DNA of 64,000 nt, from positions 892 to 64,891 of IMG/VR virus record IMGVR_UViG_2823715266_000003; one strand, given 5' to 3'. This stretch comes from a virus. Taxonomy: Duplodnaviria > Caudoviricetes. Under the pieces are notes generated by a model. The model did not search any database, had not been told where the DNA came from, and saw nothing but the letters and a program-made list of their open reading frames with translations. The translations under genes were made by a program, and so were the position numbers. Positions 1 through 13,000 of the stretch are shown here, in pieces. How positions within the stretch are numbered: position 1 is the first letter of the stretch; the number at the start of each line of letters is the position of its first letter.

Positions 1-159
1 GGCGTTCGTAGCGCGCAGATCCGCCAGTTCCTTGCGCGCGGTGGCCGCGTCGGCGCGCGCACCTGCCGCGCGGGTGCGCTCGACGCCGGCCGTTGCCAGG
101 GCGGCGACGAAGGCCAAGCCAAGAATCCACAGCAGGGGCGTTTTGAGGTCGGGCAGCAT
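1..159 (-). CDS. Rz-like inner-membrane spanin (partial, runs off window)
   Basis: My translation MLPDLKTPLLWILGLAFVAALATAGVERTRAAGARADAATARKELADLRATNA: N-terminal TM helix then Ala-rich coiled coil, directly downstream of the endolysin. Confidence 0.75.
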   Translation of the reverse strand, partial: MLPDLKTPLLWILGLAFVAALATAGVERTRAAGARADAATARKELADLRATNA

Positions 160-167
160 CGCCTCTC

Positions 168-728
168 CTACTGGGCGGCGATGCAGGCGCTGTGCCGCGC
201 CTGCTGCCGCAACCACACGCCTTTGCAGCCCTTCGGCCCCCAGTTTTGCGGCTGCTTGCAATCCCGGCCGGCCTGGAAGCGCCATCTGAGCAGCGCATCG
301 CACGCCGCGCGCGGCCGCCCGGCGAGGAGCTCGCGCCGCATGCTGGAGCCCGACCAGTTGGGCATGCCGTACTGGCCCACGAAGTCCATGTAGAGGTCGA
401 ACTCGTCCTGCGTCAGGGTGACACCGGGCAAGGACGCGGCGAAGCGTCGCTCTTCGGAGCGGTTCAGGTTGCGCGCGAGCTCTTCAGCGCGTCGGCGGGT
501 AATGGGTGGGTCGGCCAACGTCACGCGAGTGCCGTCTTCGTAGCGGGTCGAGCCGTGCCCGATGGTCGGCACGTCACCTTGCGTCGGAATGTAGGGGTGC
601 AGTACTTCCACTCCGTCTCCGCGCACGGTGACCGGCCCGTCGCCCTCGTGGGCCTTCCAGGCGCCAAAGCCTGCGATAGACAGCGTGAGCGCTGCCACCG
701 CGACGCGCACACGATTCGGGGCGGCCAT
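168..728 (-). CDS. SAR-type endolysin (GH24 phage lysozyme)
   Basis: N-terminal hydrophobic segment VAVAALTLSIAGFGAW, then HEG...PY...DVPTIGHGST lysozyme motif; ATG overlaps the holin stop (TGATG). Confidence 0.92.
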   Translation of the reverse strand: MAAPNRVRVAVAALTLSIAGFGAWKAHEGDGPVTVRGDGVEVLHPYIPTQGDVPTIGHGSTRYEDGTRVTLADPPITRRRAEELARNLNRSEERRFAASLPGVTLTQDEFDLYMDFVGQYGMPNWSGSSMRRELLAGRPRAACDALLRWRFQAGRDCKQPQNWGPKGCKGVWLRQQARHSACIAAQ

Positions 729-1039
729 CAGTCGCTCTCGGTGGGGCGGAGGGCCGCCCATTCACTCGGCGTGAGCACCAGGCGCGGCTTCGGCTTGATC
801 CAGCCCATGCGCTCGAAAAACGGTCGCCAGAATTTCTTCCAGCAGAACTCGGCGAGGAGCGCGAGGGTATAGATGGCGGCTGCGGCGGACGCGATGTTCG
901 GCCAGTTCAGCACGAACAGGTCGGAGAAGATTGAGGTCGCCTTCGAAGCGCTTTCCACTACCTGCGCCCCGGCGGCTGATGCGATTGCGGCCCCGGCCTT
1001 GATGGCCGGGGCACTGATGGTGGTCGGGTCTTCGTTCAT
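728..1039 (-). CDS. Putative holin
   Basis: 103 aa with hydrophobic helices and a basic C-terminus, immediately upstream of the endolysin. Confidence 0.7.
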   Translation of the reverse strand: MNEDPTTISAPAIKAGAAIASAAGAQVVESASKATSIFSDLFVLNWPNIASAAAAIYTLALLAEFCWKKFWRPFFERMGWIKPKPRLVLTPSEWAALRPTESD

Positions 1040-1075
1040 GCCCGCATGATTCCGGGCACGCCCCTCACAGAGAAA

Positions 1076-1086
1076 CCCTACAGGGG
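1076..1086 (-). promoter_or_regulatory. Late-promoter upstream element (holin/lysis operon)
   Basis: Minus strand CCCCTGTAGGG-N24-AATCAT-N6-ATG. Confidence 0.8.
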
Positions 1087-1090
1087 AGCG

Positions 1091-4000
1091 CTACAGATCG
1101 GCGCGCGTCCGCGCCAGGTCTTCCCGCATCTGGGCCCGCATCGCCCGCGGCGCGGTATCGGCGATCCGCTCATCCTTGGATTTGCGCATCTCGCGCACCC
1201 GACGCATCACGTCGGGGATGCGCACCAGCATCGGCTGCTCGAGGTTCTTCCGGTTCCATGCGGCCACCTGGTCGCGAGCATCCTGCACCTTCTGCTGATC
1301 GCCCTCGAAGATGCCTTGCGCCCACGTCGCTCGGATTTCCTGCGCGCGCAGGTTGTAGAAGGCCTTCGCGCCCTGGTTGATGCCGTTCGCTTCCTGGATG
1401 GTGGCAACGCTGTTGGGCTGGAAACCGATGGTCTTCAGCGCCGCCTCCAGCGTGTTCGTGTCCAGCACCTTGTAGCCCTTGGCGTCCCGGTACATCCCGG
1501 TCGCGGCCATATCAGCGCCCTTGGCCGCGTTGCGCACTGCTGCCGGCGACATTTCCAACAGCCCGGCCCCCACATCGCCCGTCAGCACGCTGCGGCCGCC
1601 GGAGAGGATGCGGCTGACGAAGTCACCGGCCGGGCCCGCGATCTCCAGCAGGTCGCGCGCGTGGCTGGTCTTCTCCAGCAAGAGACCGGTGCCCGGGATC
1701 AGGTTCCCCATCCCGAGGCGGCCCGACACATCCAGGGGTGCGCCAGGCAGGCCGCTCACGCCCTTGTCGACGAACTGCGCAATCGGCTTCGGCAGCAGGC
1801 TCTCCAGGAATTCCTGGCGGGCCTTCTTCGTCGAGAAGTTGTAGCCCAGCATCTGCGCCAGCGCGTCGACCGCATCCTCCAGGTCTTCCTCGAATGGCAG
1901 GCCGCCGGCGCCGCCCATCAGCATCAGCATGCCCAGCGCCAGCAGCGCGGCGCGCTTGCCCTCCGGCCCGCCTTGCGTGTACATGCGGTGCAGCAGCTCG
2001 AGGTAGGCGACGCTGTAGGTTTTGAAGGTCATCAGCGTGCCGCCCATGGCTCCGCGCCCCCACTCCATCTTGTTCGCCTTGCTGTAGAGGAACTGCGTTT
2101 CCGTGATCGCCTTCCGCGCGAATCCTGCCGGGTCTTCGATGCCCTGTGCCTTCGCAGTCCGATAGGCCGCGACGAAGGTGATGCGGCGGTTCACCTGTTC
2201 GGCGGCGCCGAAGAGCTTTCCCCATGCCAGCGACAGGCGCGACAGTGCGTTCTGGCCCATCGCGCGCAGCTCGCCGCCGCGCGTTCCATCGCCGGAGCGC
2301 AGCGAGCTCGCGCCGCGCGCCTGCGCCATCAACTGGTGCACCTCCTGCGGGCTCACGGTGCCCTCGTCCTCGGCGCGCTTGAGCGCGGCAGCGAGATCCG
2401 GCTCGTATTCGAAACCGCGCGTAGCGATGTTCTTCGCAGCCCGGCCGATCTGCGCAGCCGCCGCGCGCGCGCCGCCGTACTGGCTCAGCCACGGCATGGT
2501 CACGGCGATAGGCTGGGTCATGTTCACGAACGCCGACGCCACGGAGCCGCCCAGATACTGTGCGAACAGCAGCCCGCGCACTGCCTGCGCCTCCTCCTGC
2601 GGGTTCTTCACATAGTCGGCCAGGCGCACGGCAGCGTCTTTCAGTTCGCCCTGTTCCTTCGGGATGGCCTGCACCGCCTCGCCGAGGTCGCCCATGTGCA
2701 GGCCGGCGGCCGTCTGGCGCGCGTTCGAGTAGATGAAGGAGGCCAGCACGCGGCCCACGTCCTCGCTGAAGCCTGCGATGCCCTTGCGGTGGATCAGCCG
2801 GCGCATCGCGCTGCGGTTGGTCTTCGTCAGCCGCAGATATTCCTGGAAAGCTTGGTCTTGCGCACTGTCGCCGGTCGAGTCGAGACCGAGGGCATTGCCG
2901 AACAGCTCCAGCGTCTCGGGCGTCACGCCAGCGAAGAGCTTGAAGGCCTCCTCCGAGAGCGTGCCCTGGGTGACAGTGGCATCGCCGAACTCCTCCCGCA
3001 TCTTCGTAGCCATGTTGTTGGCCTCGCGCGCCGTCTCGAACAGGCCGAAGTACTGCCGCTCGCCGGCAGCATCCACAACATCGACCGAGTAGCGCCCGAA
3101 GCGCGACAGCGGCGCATACCCGCGGGCCTGCAGGTCGCGCACCTTGTCGGCCCGGTCGATGATGCCGTTGGCGGTGTTCAGGATCTGCGTCGCGCGGTCA
3201 GGCTGCTCGTTGGCCAGTTGCACCAGGTGATCGCGCAGCAGCACGGCGGCCGCCTGCGCGTCTGGCGCATCCATCACCATGCCACGCATAACCTTGGCAT
3301 CGTCGCCCACGAACCGCAGCATGTCGGCGCGCGCCATCGTGTCCAGGCTCCGGTCGGTCGTCTCGCGGAACTCGTGGTAGAGCGCGATCTGGTCGTCCGA
3401 GAGCTTGAACATCGAGCGCAGCTCCGCATCGGTCCAGACGACGCCCGGCTGCAGCATGCGTGACTCGAAGCGCGTGTTGATGGCCTTCTCATAGGACTCC
3501 AGGGGCATGCCCTGCCATGCCTTCAGCATGCGCTCATCGATCTGCCCGTTTCGCAGCAGGCGCTGCGCCTTTTGGTCGGCCGTCAGCTCTGCCGCGGCAT
3601 CGATGAGCGACTGCACCGGTACCGGCTTGCCCTGTTCGTCTCGCGCCCAGGTCAGCGTGCCCTCGAAGACCGGCTTCGCCACCGCCGCGTTGTCAGCTGC
3701 CGCCACCGGTGCCTTCTTGATGTCGCGCCACGTCTCCAGCTTCGGCAGAAGCTTGGGTGCCAGTTCGGCCGCGTCGTTGGCGTAGAAGCTCACGTCGTCC
3801 ACGAAGCCCTGCGCCGAATCGAACACCGCCTTGAAGGCCGGCGAGCGCTCCGCGAGGTTGTACATGGTGCCGACCGTCTTGTGCCACCACGACAGCTTGC
3901 CGGGCGCGTTAAAGGTCTTGTTGAGCTCGGCGGTGGCCTTCTTCGCGAAGTCCTGCACCGTGGATCGGCTGAACCGGATGTCCGGGTTGCCGCCGTCGAA

Positions 4001-7000
4001 GGCCCCGCTGTTGCCGATGGCCGACTTCACCTGGGTGGGCTCGAAGGCCACGATCTCTACCGAGCCATCCTCAGCCGTGAGGGTCACGCCGTCGTGCCCC
4101 ATCGCGCGCAGGTTCGACGTGAACCGGTCCACCTGCGCCTGCGTCGCCCGCTTGAGCCGAGCCTTGATCTCCGGGGTGGCAACGTAGGGGTTCGTGACCG
4201 CGAAGTACAGGGGCATGACGCGCTGTCCGCCCTGGCCGCGCTTCGCGCCGGCGTAGTAGTTGGCGTCCGCCGCGTCGCTCGCACCGTAGACGCCGCGGCC
4301 GAGCCAGCCTACGTCTTTTCGGTTTGGATGCTCGGTATCGAAGGCGGCGAAGTCGTCGCGCGTGCCGTGGAAAAATACGAGCGGGCGGCCTTGCGCATCA
4401 ACGGGTCCGAGTCGCCCAGGTGCGCCGCCATCTCGGCCGGGCCCACCGGCGGCAGCTCCGCCAGCAGTTCCTCCAGATCCTTGCGTGCCGCTTCGGGTGT
4501 CTTTGAGGCTTCCATCTTGCCCACTGTACCAGTGCCAGAAGTTCGCCACACCCTCGTCGTTGGTGGCGATGGGGGCATCCAGGCTGTTGGTCGAGGCGGG
4601 GCCCGCATCGCCACGGCTGAAGCGCAGCCCGTCGCCGGGCCCGCCGTCGGGGCCGCCCTGCTCAACGAAGCGCCGCGCCGGCAGGATGAAGTTGCGCACG
4701 ATCTCGTCGTCCGTCATCCGCAGGTTGCTGAAGCCCGGCACGTGCTGGCGCAGCCAGGTCCGGATCGCAGCGATCGCACGGCGCACGAAGTGCAGCTCGG
4801 GGTGGGTCTGCGCCATTTCGGCCAAAACTTCCTCCGCCGCGGCGCGCCGGTCGAGCTTGTTGACACCTCGCAGCCCGTATTCCTCGATCTTCGCGTCCAC
4901 GTCGGCGCGACGCATGGTGCCGATCTGGTTCAGCACGTCATCCAGCCCCTTGCCGAACTGGCCGCGCAGCCCGTGGTGGCCCAACACCTCGTGAAAGAGC
5001 ACGCGCGCCGCGTCGTTGGCCGTGGGCAGCCGCGAGGCCATCAGATAGGCCTTGCCGCGATAGTAGAAGCCCTCGGGAGCGCCGCGCGCGCCGCCGCTGC
5101 GCTGTTTGAGGTCTGCGCGGCGGGCCGCCTCCGGAACGACCGGATCGCCCATGTCGAAGGCCACGATCACCTCAGGGCCGTTGCCCCAGCCCGCGCGAAT
5201 CGCCTCCACGGTCTTGCTCACCGACGCTACAGCCTGTGCACGCGCCTCGGGCGAGTAGTTCGGCAGCAGCGCACGCATCGCCCTCGCCGCTTCGGGCGAG
5301 AGCATTTCGGTCCCATCCCGCCGGAACTGCGCATCGTCCGTCGGGCCGCCGAACTCCTCGAGCGCATCGCCGAATCCTTGCTCGGTGAGCTGCTGGCGCT
5401 GCTCAGCCATGGCCTTTTGCAGAGCGGGGCGCTGGTTCAGCGGGATGTCCGGTCCCTTGGCCACCAGCCGTCGCTGCACGCGGCGGTGGGCCTCGCGCGC
5501 TGCTTCCAGCTCCGTCGCCTGGGCGAACGGCTTGCCGGCCTGCTCGCGCAGTTGGACCGCCGATTGCTTCGCCCCAGCGATCTTGGCTTCCAGATCGGCG
5601 ATGTGCGCCGGGAGGCGATTGACGTAGTTGCCGAAGCGCGTCAGGATGCCTGCCGCCGACGGCAGCACGTCCCGGGCCGGCCGGTAGGAGTCCAGGCCAC
5701 CCGTGGGCGAGTTGAGCTCCACGTGGTCGGGGGTTCCTTCCAGCATGAAGGTCACGCCGCGGTACTGGAATTCCTCCTGCCCACCGCTCACGAACACACG
5801 GTCGATGCCGCGCTTGACGGCCTTGATCGCCGCTTCGCGGTCGGTGATCGTCTTCCCGGCGACGGTCAGGCCGGCGAACCCATCCTTGGGCACCGGGTTC
5901 GCTTCTGCTGCGGTCTGGAGCGCGCGGAACGTGTCCAGCTCCTTCGGGCCCCAGTCTTCCGCGAAGCGCTGCTGGTCGCGCGCTTGACGGACCATGGCCG
6001 CAGTTTCGTCAGCGTGGGAGGCCTGCAGAGACTCCAGCCGGCGCACGTCGTTGCGCAGCCGGGTTTCCTCCAGGATGAGCGGATCGCCTGATGCAGCGGC
6101 CTTCATGTCGGCCGCGTTGGCGGCCTCGCCCTCGATGTCGTCGATCTCGTTGAGCGTGCCATCGTACTTGCGCAGTTGCTCGATGCCGCGCGCCTTGTGC
6201 TCCAGGATCTGCCAGCGGCGGGTGTCGTAAGTCTGCTCGGTGGCGTAACGGTAGATCTCCACCTCGAAGCCGTCCGGGTCGCGTGCGTAGAGCGCGTTGC
6301 CGCGGCGGATGATGCGGCCCTCGCGCTGCTCCAGGTCGCTCGGCCGCCATGGCGCGTCGATGTGGTGCAGCCCCACGAGACGCTCCTGCACGTTGGTGCC
6401 GGCACCCATCTTCGGGGTGGAGCCGAGCAAGAAACGGATGTCGCCCCGATTCACCGCCTTGAACAGCTTGTCCTTCGCTGCGGGCGTGTTGTAGTCGTGG
6501 ATGAACGCAATCTCGCGCTCCGGCACGCCGCGGGCCACCAGCTTGCCCTTGATGTCGTCGTAGACGGAGAACGCGGTGGCCCCCGACATGCCTGCGATGT
6601 CGGACAGCGAGATCGATTCGGTTTCCTCGGTGTCGATCTCGTTGGCGTTGTTGTAGTCGTCGATCTCGTCCTGCTGGAGGTCGCCGATGCGGTCGCGAGC
6701 GTCGATCCAGCGTTGACGGCGGCTGTCATCGTTCAGCGCCTGAGCCGCCCAGTCCGTCGCAATGCCCTTGGCTGGCAGGCCTGCGTGCACGCGCAGGCCG
6801 GTGGCCGCGTCGTAGATGGTGAAGGCCTTGGCATCCTTGCCCCCCTCCTTCACCACGAAGAACGGCAGGTCTTCGTGACCACGCACAGTGTGCATGGTGC
6901 CCTTCTTGTGCGCCAGCGCGCCATCTTCGCGCACGTAGACGCGCCGCTCCTTGCTTCCGAAGCCGCTGCGCGCCGACAGGGGCACCGAGAGGTCGCAGAA

Positions 7001-10000
7001 GACCAGTTGCGTTCCGCGGTCAGCCGCCCACTTCTGGTACGTGCCCAGCATGCGGTCGACGGCGAGGTTGATCTTCGAGCCCGCGAAGTCTGAAGCGGTC
7101 GGGTCGATCAGGCGGAAGTCCAAGCCCGCCTTGTTGGCCTGGCCGGTCAGCGACAGCGCGTTGACCTTTCCCTTCGTCTCCTTCGTCAGGCGCTTCAGGT
7201 CTGCGAACTGGCCGAGGATCGATTTCGGGTCCACCTTGATCTTGGGCGACAACGCCGCCTCGACCACCAGCAGCCTGGCATCCTCTTCAGTCTTCGCGGA
7301 GCCGATGAGCTGCCGAATTTCCTTCTCGTCCGGCTGCGGCACGCGGGTTTCGGCGCGCCAGCTGTTGCCGTCCTCGGCCTTCTCGACAACCGCGCGCTCG
7401 CCCGCGGCCGGGTTGAACCCGAACTGCACTCGCCCGCCCTGGATGTCCAGTTGGGGCACGCCCATGAAGTTGGCCACCTCCGGCGAGCGCTTCGCCACCA
7501 CGTTGACCGGCCGGCCGCCGGCCACCTGCGGCACCGGGAACGTGCGGCCCCGGGCCTCCTCCTGCGCCTTCAGGTCGTCCAGCGTCACCGTGTCAGCGAA
7601 GGTCTGGTACATGCCCATCAGTGCAGGCAGGTTCTTGAACTTGGCGAACCGCGAGGCCTGTCGGTATCCCGTGCCCGACGGCGAAACCTCGTACAGCGAC
7701 TCCACGCTGCCGAATTGCTTGGCCCAGGCGTCGAAGACGTGCAGGCCCTGCGCCTTGAGCGTCGGGTACTGCAGGAACCGCTGCATGTTGAACATTTCCA
7801 CCAGGCTGTTGGAAACCGGCGTGCCGGTCGCCCCCATCAGCGGGGCCTTGTCGCCCAGCGCGTCGAAGAGGTACTGGGCCTTCACGAACAGGTCGAACGC
7901 CTTGTCCGATCCGCCCGGGTTGCCCATGCCCGGCACGCGCTCCATGGTGGAGTTGTAGAAGAGGTTCTTGAACTCGTGCAGCTCGTCGATGGCGAAGGCA
8001 TCGACGCCGAGCTCATCGAACGTCACCACCTTGTCACGCTCCCCGAGGGCCTGTACGCGCTGCTTCATGCGCGCTTCCAGGCGGGCCTTGATGCTCTCCA
8101 TGTCGCGCACGATGTTGCGGTCGCCGCGGGCGCGCTTCATCTCGCCGATGCTGTCGGCCAGCTCGGTAATCTGCTCTTCGAGCACCGCCTTTTCCGTCTC
8201 GGCCGGCAGAGCAATCCGCTTCAGGCTGGAGTGGCCGATGATGACGGCATCCCAGTCGCCGGTGACGATCTTGGAGAAGAACTTCTCCCGGTTGCCCTTG
8301 GTGAAGTCGTCCGGCGTGGCCGCCAGCACGTTGGCCGCCGGGTACAGGCGGGAGAACTCGCTGCGCCACTGCAGGGTCAGGTGGTTGGGCACCGTAACGA
8401 TGGGCTTCCGAGCGATGCCGAGCCGACGCATTTCCATGATGGCAGCCACCACCTCGAAGGTCTTGCCCGCGCCGACGACGTGATCCAGCAGAATCTGGCG
8501 CTGCTGCAGGGCCCGCCAGACCGCATCCTTCTGGTGAGGCAGCAGCTCCATCGCGGGCGACATGCCCGGGAAGGTCATGTGCGAGCCGTCGAAGCGACGC
8601 ACCACGATGCGGTTCATCTTGTCGTTGTAGATGCCTGCCACGCGGTCGGCGCGCTCGGGATCGCTCCACAGCCAGCGCTGCCACTCGGCCTTCATGGCGG
8701 TCTGCTTCTCGCGCGCCGCCTCTGTCTCTTTCTCGAGCACCACCGTGCGGGTACCGCCATTGGGGTCGCGGATGGTGTCCGTGACCACCACGCCCTGCCC
8801 CGCCATCGTGCGCATGAAGATGTTCTGCGCCGTCATCCGGCTGATGCCCCACTTCGCGGTGTTGAGGGCCGGGTTGGGCTGAGAGGTGTAGTCCACCAGC
8901 CACTGCCCGGTCGCTCGCAGGTAGGTGACGCGCGCATCCGCGCCAGTCACTTCCTTGGCGAACTGCTGGAACAGCTCCTGGGGAATGAAAGCGGCACCCA
9001 TGGCCGCGTGGATTTCGCTCGGCCGCTTGTCGGCCGGGATGACCTTGCGCAAGGCTTCCACGTTGCGGCGCAGTGCCGGGTCATCGCGCGCCGCAGCCTC
9101 TGCTTCGGCCAACTTCGTCTTCACGTCGCCGGACAGGTATTCGTGGGCCATCACGAGCCCGTTCACCGGGTCGGCATATACCACGTCGCCCAGCTCCGAA
9201 ACGATCTGGGCCGGCGGCTTGTCGTACAGCGTCGCCATGTAGTCGGCGTCCAGCCGCCCCTTGTAGTTCAGGCTGGCCAGCAGCGCGTCCTTGGCGTTGC
9301 TCACCTTGATGTTGTCCGCTGGCGGGAACATCACGCGGCGCGCGAAGATGTCGGCCTTGACCGCCTTGGGCGCGCGCGGCTCGATGTCCTCGCGCTCGGC
9401 CACCGCCTTGCTCACACCGCGGTCGTAGTCGAACTCCAGTGCCAGCACAAGGGCAGATTCGGTGTCGTCCAGAAAGATGCGGCGGTTGGTGGGATCGTTC
9501 AGGTAGCCGTACTTGCTCTGGAACCCGTCGTAGAGGCGGTTCAGTTCGCGGCGATGCTGCTCGATCTGCCCGTCGGTCGAGTCGGGGGATCGCTCCAGGC
9601 GCATCTGTGCGCGCAGCGCATCGCGCAACCCGACCATTCCCTTCATGCGCTCTGCCGCTTTCACATTGGGCGGCGTCCACGGCTCGGCCGTCCGGTTGCC
9701 CAGCGAATCAGGGCCGCGCATCAACACGCGGCCACTGTCGTCTACGTAGAACGAACCGACCTTCACGCCGTCGGGCACCACCACGTCGGCGGCCTCCTGC
9801 TCGTGCGTGCGCTCCACGGGCTGATAGAGGTCTTCCGGGAGCGCGTCGGCCCACGTCTTCAGCTGCTGCGCCAGGTCGCCGGAAGGTTCCACCGTGTATT
9901 CGCCCACGCGGTACATCGACCCTGCGGCCGTCGGCCTGCCGAGCACCGCGTCAGGGTTGCTCAGGAAGTAGCTGCTGACGTTGTGCTGCGTGGCTTCGCC

Positions 10001-13000
10001 CGTCTTCGGGTTGGCGAGGGTCTGCTGGCCGACCTTCACCCAGGCAGCGTCGCCCAGGCCGTTCGCACGCTCGGATTCAGTCTTCTTCTGGAACACCACG
10101 ATGTCGGTCACCACGTCGGTGCCGGCGTTCGCCTTGAACGCGGTGTTCGGCAAGCGGACAGCCGCCACCAGGTTCGCGCGGTCCGCGATCCATTGGCGGG
10201 TCGCCTCGTTCTTGGCGTCGAGGAAGTTGTGCGACACCACCATCGCCAGCAAGCCACCGGGGCGCAGCTTGTCGATGCTCTTGGCGAAGAAGTAGTTGTG
10301 GATCGAGAAGCCCGAGTATGGCGAGCGGTCGTCATCCACGATGGGCTCGGACCCGAACGGCGGGTTGCCCACGGCCAGGTCGAAGTACTCGGCCGGCGCC
10401 TGGAAGTCCTGGAAGCCGGTGGCCTGCGCCACCTTCGCGCTGGGATACAGCGCGGCGGCGATCTGGCTGGTGATCGGGTCGAGCTCCACGCCGTGCAACT
10501 GCGAGCGCTTGCGCATGCTCGCGGGCATCAGCCCGAAGAAGTTGCCGGTACCCACAGCCGGTTCGAGCACGCGGCCTGCGGAGAATCCCATGCGCTCGAG
10601 CGCCTGGTAGATGCCATCGACCACCACCGGCGACGTGTAGTGCGCATTCAGCATCGATGCGCGGGCGGCCTTGTATTCAGCATCGGTCAGCAGTTCGCGC
10701 AGCTCGGCGAACTCCTTGGCCCACTGCTTGTTCTGGGGATCGAAGACACCCTTGAGCGCGCCCCAGCCGACATAGCGCGCGATCTGCTTGCGTTCCTCGG
10801 GCGTGGCCTTGCGGCTCTCGCCGGCCAGCGCCTTGAGGATGCGGATGGCCGCAATGTTGTCGCGGTACTTCTTGGTGAGCCCGCCCTTGCCGATGTCCTC
10901 GGCATCCAGGGTGTGGTCGCTGGGCTGATCGAGCTCGGGCTTCGGCGATGCCTGGGCGGTCGCCGGGTCGGCTACAGCGTCGGCGGGCTGTCGCTCAGAC
11001 CGTACATCTCCGCTATCTCGTGGCGCGCTAGGTGCCGGTTCCCCGGATCGCTGTACGCCCTGCGCTCGGCCTCCTCCTGCTCCTTCAGCGCCGGCAGAAA
11101 CTCGTTCGCCTCGATCAGCGCTTTCACCCGCTTCGGCCACCCGAGCATCCACCGGTTGGCGATCTCGGTCGCCAGCGCCGGCATCGCGCGCATCGCCTCC
11201 TTGATCGGCGGCGGGTAGTCGTTCGGTCTGTACAGCTCCTGCATTTCGTCCATTTTCGTCTCCTGGGGTAGAAGCGGCAATCGGGCCGGCCGCCGAGGCG
11301 CGAGCTCGCGATTGGGCCTCCTTCCATGCAGCGGTGTAGTTGAAGGTCAGGTGCTTGAACCCGTTCACCTGCACCTGCCCATCTTTCGTGAACGGTGCCC
11401 CGCCCGCATCCAGCGTGAAGGTGTTGCCCTGGTAGATGCCGCCCATCGGACGGGATGCCCGTGGATTGCGGCCGAGGTACCAATCGAAGTACGACGCCAC
11501 TGCGGTGCGCGCCGTCTCCATGGTGGTCGCACGCGGTGCGGCTGCGGCGCCGCGGGTCAGGGTCGGCGACAGCGGTTTCTTGAACCGCCCCGAGGCCAAG
11601 CCAGCCTTGAAGTCGTCCACAGACATGGCGGTGACCGGCCCGACCTTCCAGTCCGCGTCGTAGCTGCCCTTGTATGCGGCCACGGCCTCCGCTTCGCTGT
11701 TGAAGCCGAAGAGGGCCTTCGCCTCGTCGTAGGTACCGTCCGCGTTGATCTGGTCCACCACATAGACCGTCGGCGCAGACGCCGCGTCCGGGCCGACGAA
11801 CACGTCCACGTGGTCGCCGTCAGCAGCCTCGGAGCCCTTCACATAGCCGTAGTGCGCGGCCATCGTGTTGCTCCATTCGGTGCCGTTCGGCGACGTGCCG
11901 CGGCGCGTGCTGCCCTGCGGGTTCTCCACGCTGATGCGCAGGCCCTGCACCTCGTCGCCAGACAAGTGGCCCATCTTGTAGTTGCCGGCCTCCTTCTGGG
12001 CCTGGCTGGGCTCGGGCAGGTCGTTTTGCGGGCTGGTCGCGGCTTCGTTCGCCGCGGCGTCGACCGGCGCTGCCGCTTCCGGCCGACGGGCGGCGCTGCC
12101 CTGCTCGCGCTCGATCTGCGCGATGTCGTTGTCGATATCGCGCCGCAGAGGCGTGCCAGGCACAGCCTCGGCGCGCCGGCGGCGCAGGTCCGCCAGTTGA
12201 TCGGCCGGCGCAGCGGCTTGCGGCTGCGCAGCTTGTGCCGGCTGGGCGTCCTTGGCCTGCACAATGAAGCGCCGGTTGTCCGCCACCACCTCGTGCGTGT
12301 CCGCGATTCCTGACGTGTCCACGAAGGATTGCGCCTTGTCGCGGGACAGGAACCATGCGCGCCCCTCTTCCACCCGGCGAATCGCCTTCTCGCGCTTCGC
12401 GTTCGGGACTGCCGGTGCTGCCGGCGTGGGTGTCAGCGCTGCTGCGGTTGCGACTGGCGCTGCTGCAGTCGCTTCTGCTCCTGCCGACGCTTGTTGCGCG
12501 ACTGCTTGCTGGGCTTGATCGGCTTGAGTGCCAAGGGTTTCTCCTTTGGGTTGCGGTGCGGATTCGGGCGGGGCGCGGCGGTCGCGTGCTTGCGCGATGC
12601 CCTCCTGCACGCTGTTGGGGGCGGTCGGTGCCGCGGGCGCGAAGGCAGCAAGTTCGGCTCGGGCGCTGTCGCGCTCGGCGATCAGGCGCTGATCCCAGCC
12701 GTTCGACGCGGCCTGTTGGCGCACGAACTCCAACCGTGCGCGCAGTTCGGCCTCCCGGTCCTGCGGCTGCTCGGAGATCTCTCCGGTTTCGGCATTGACC
12801 TTCGCCACAGGCGCAGCGGCGGGTGCCGGCGAAGCAGCAGCCTGCTTCGTGCCCTTGCCATCGGCAGCCTCCGCTTGAGCGGCGAGCTGGGCCGCCGCGT
12901 TCATCACGTCGTGTGCGCCACCATCCACCGCCAGCGCGGCGGCGGTGGACAGCGGACCTGCAGCGGGGTCCAGCCCCATCGCTTCGGAGGGACGCACGGA

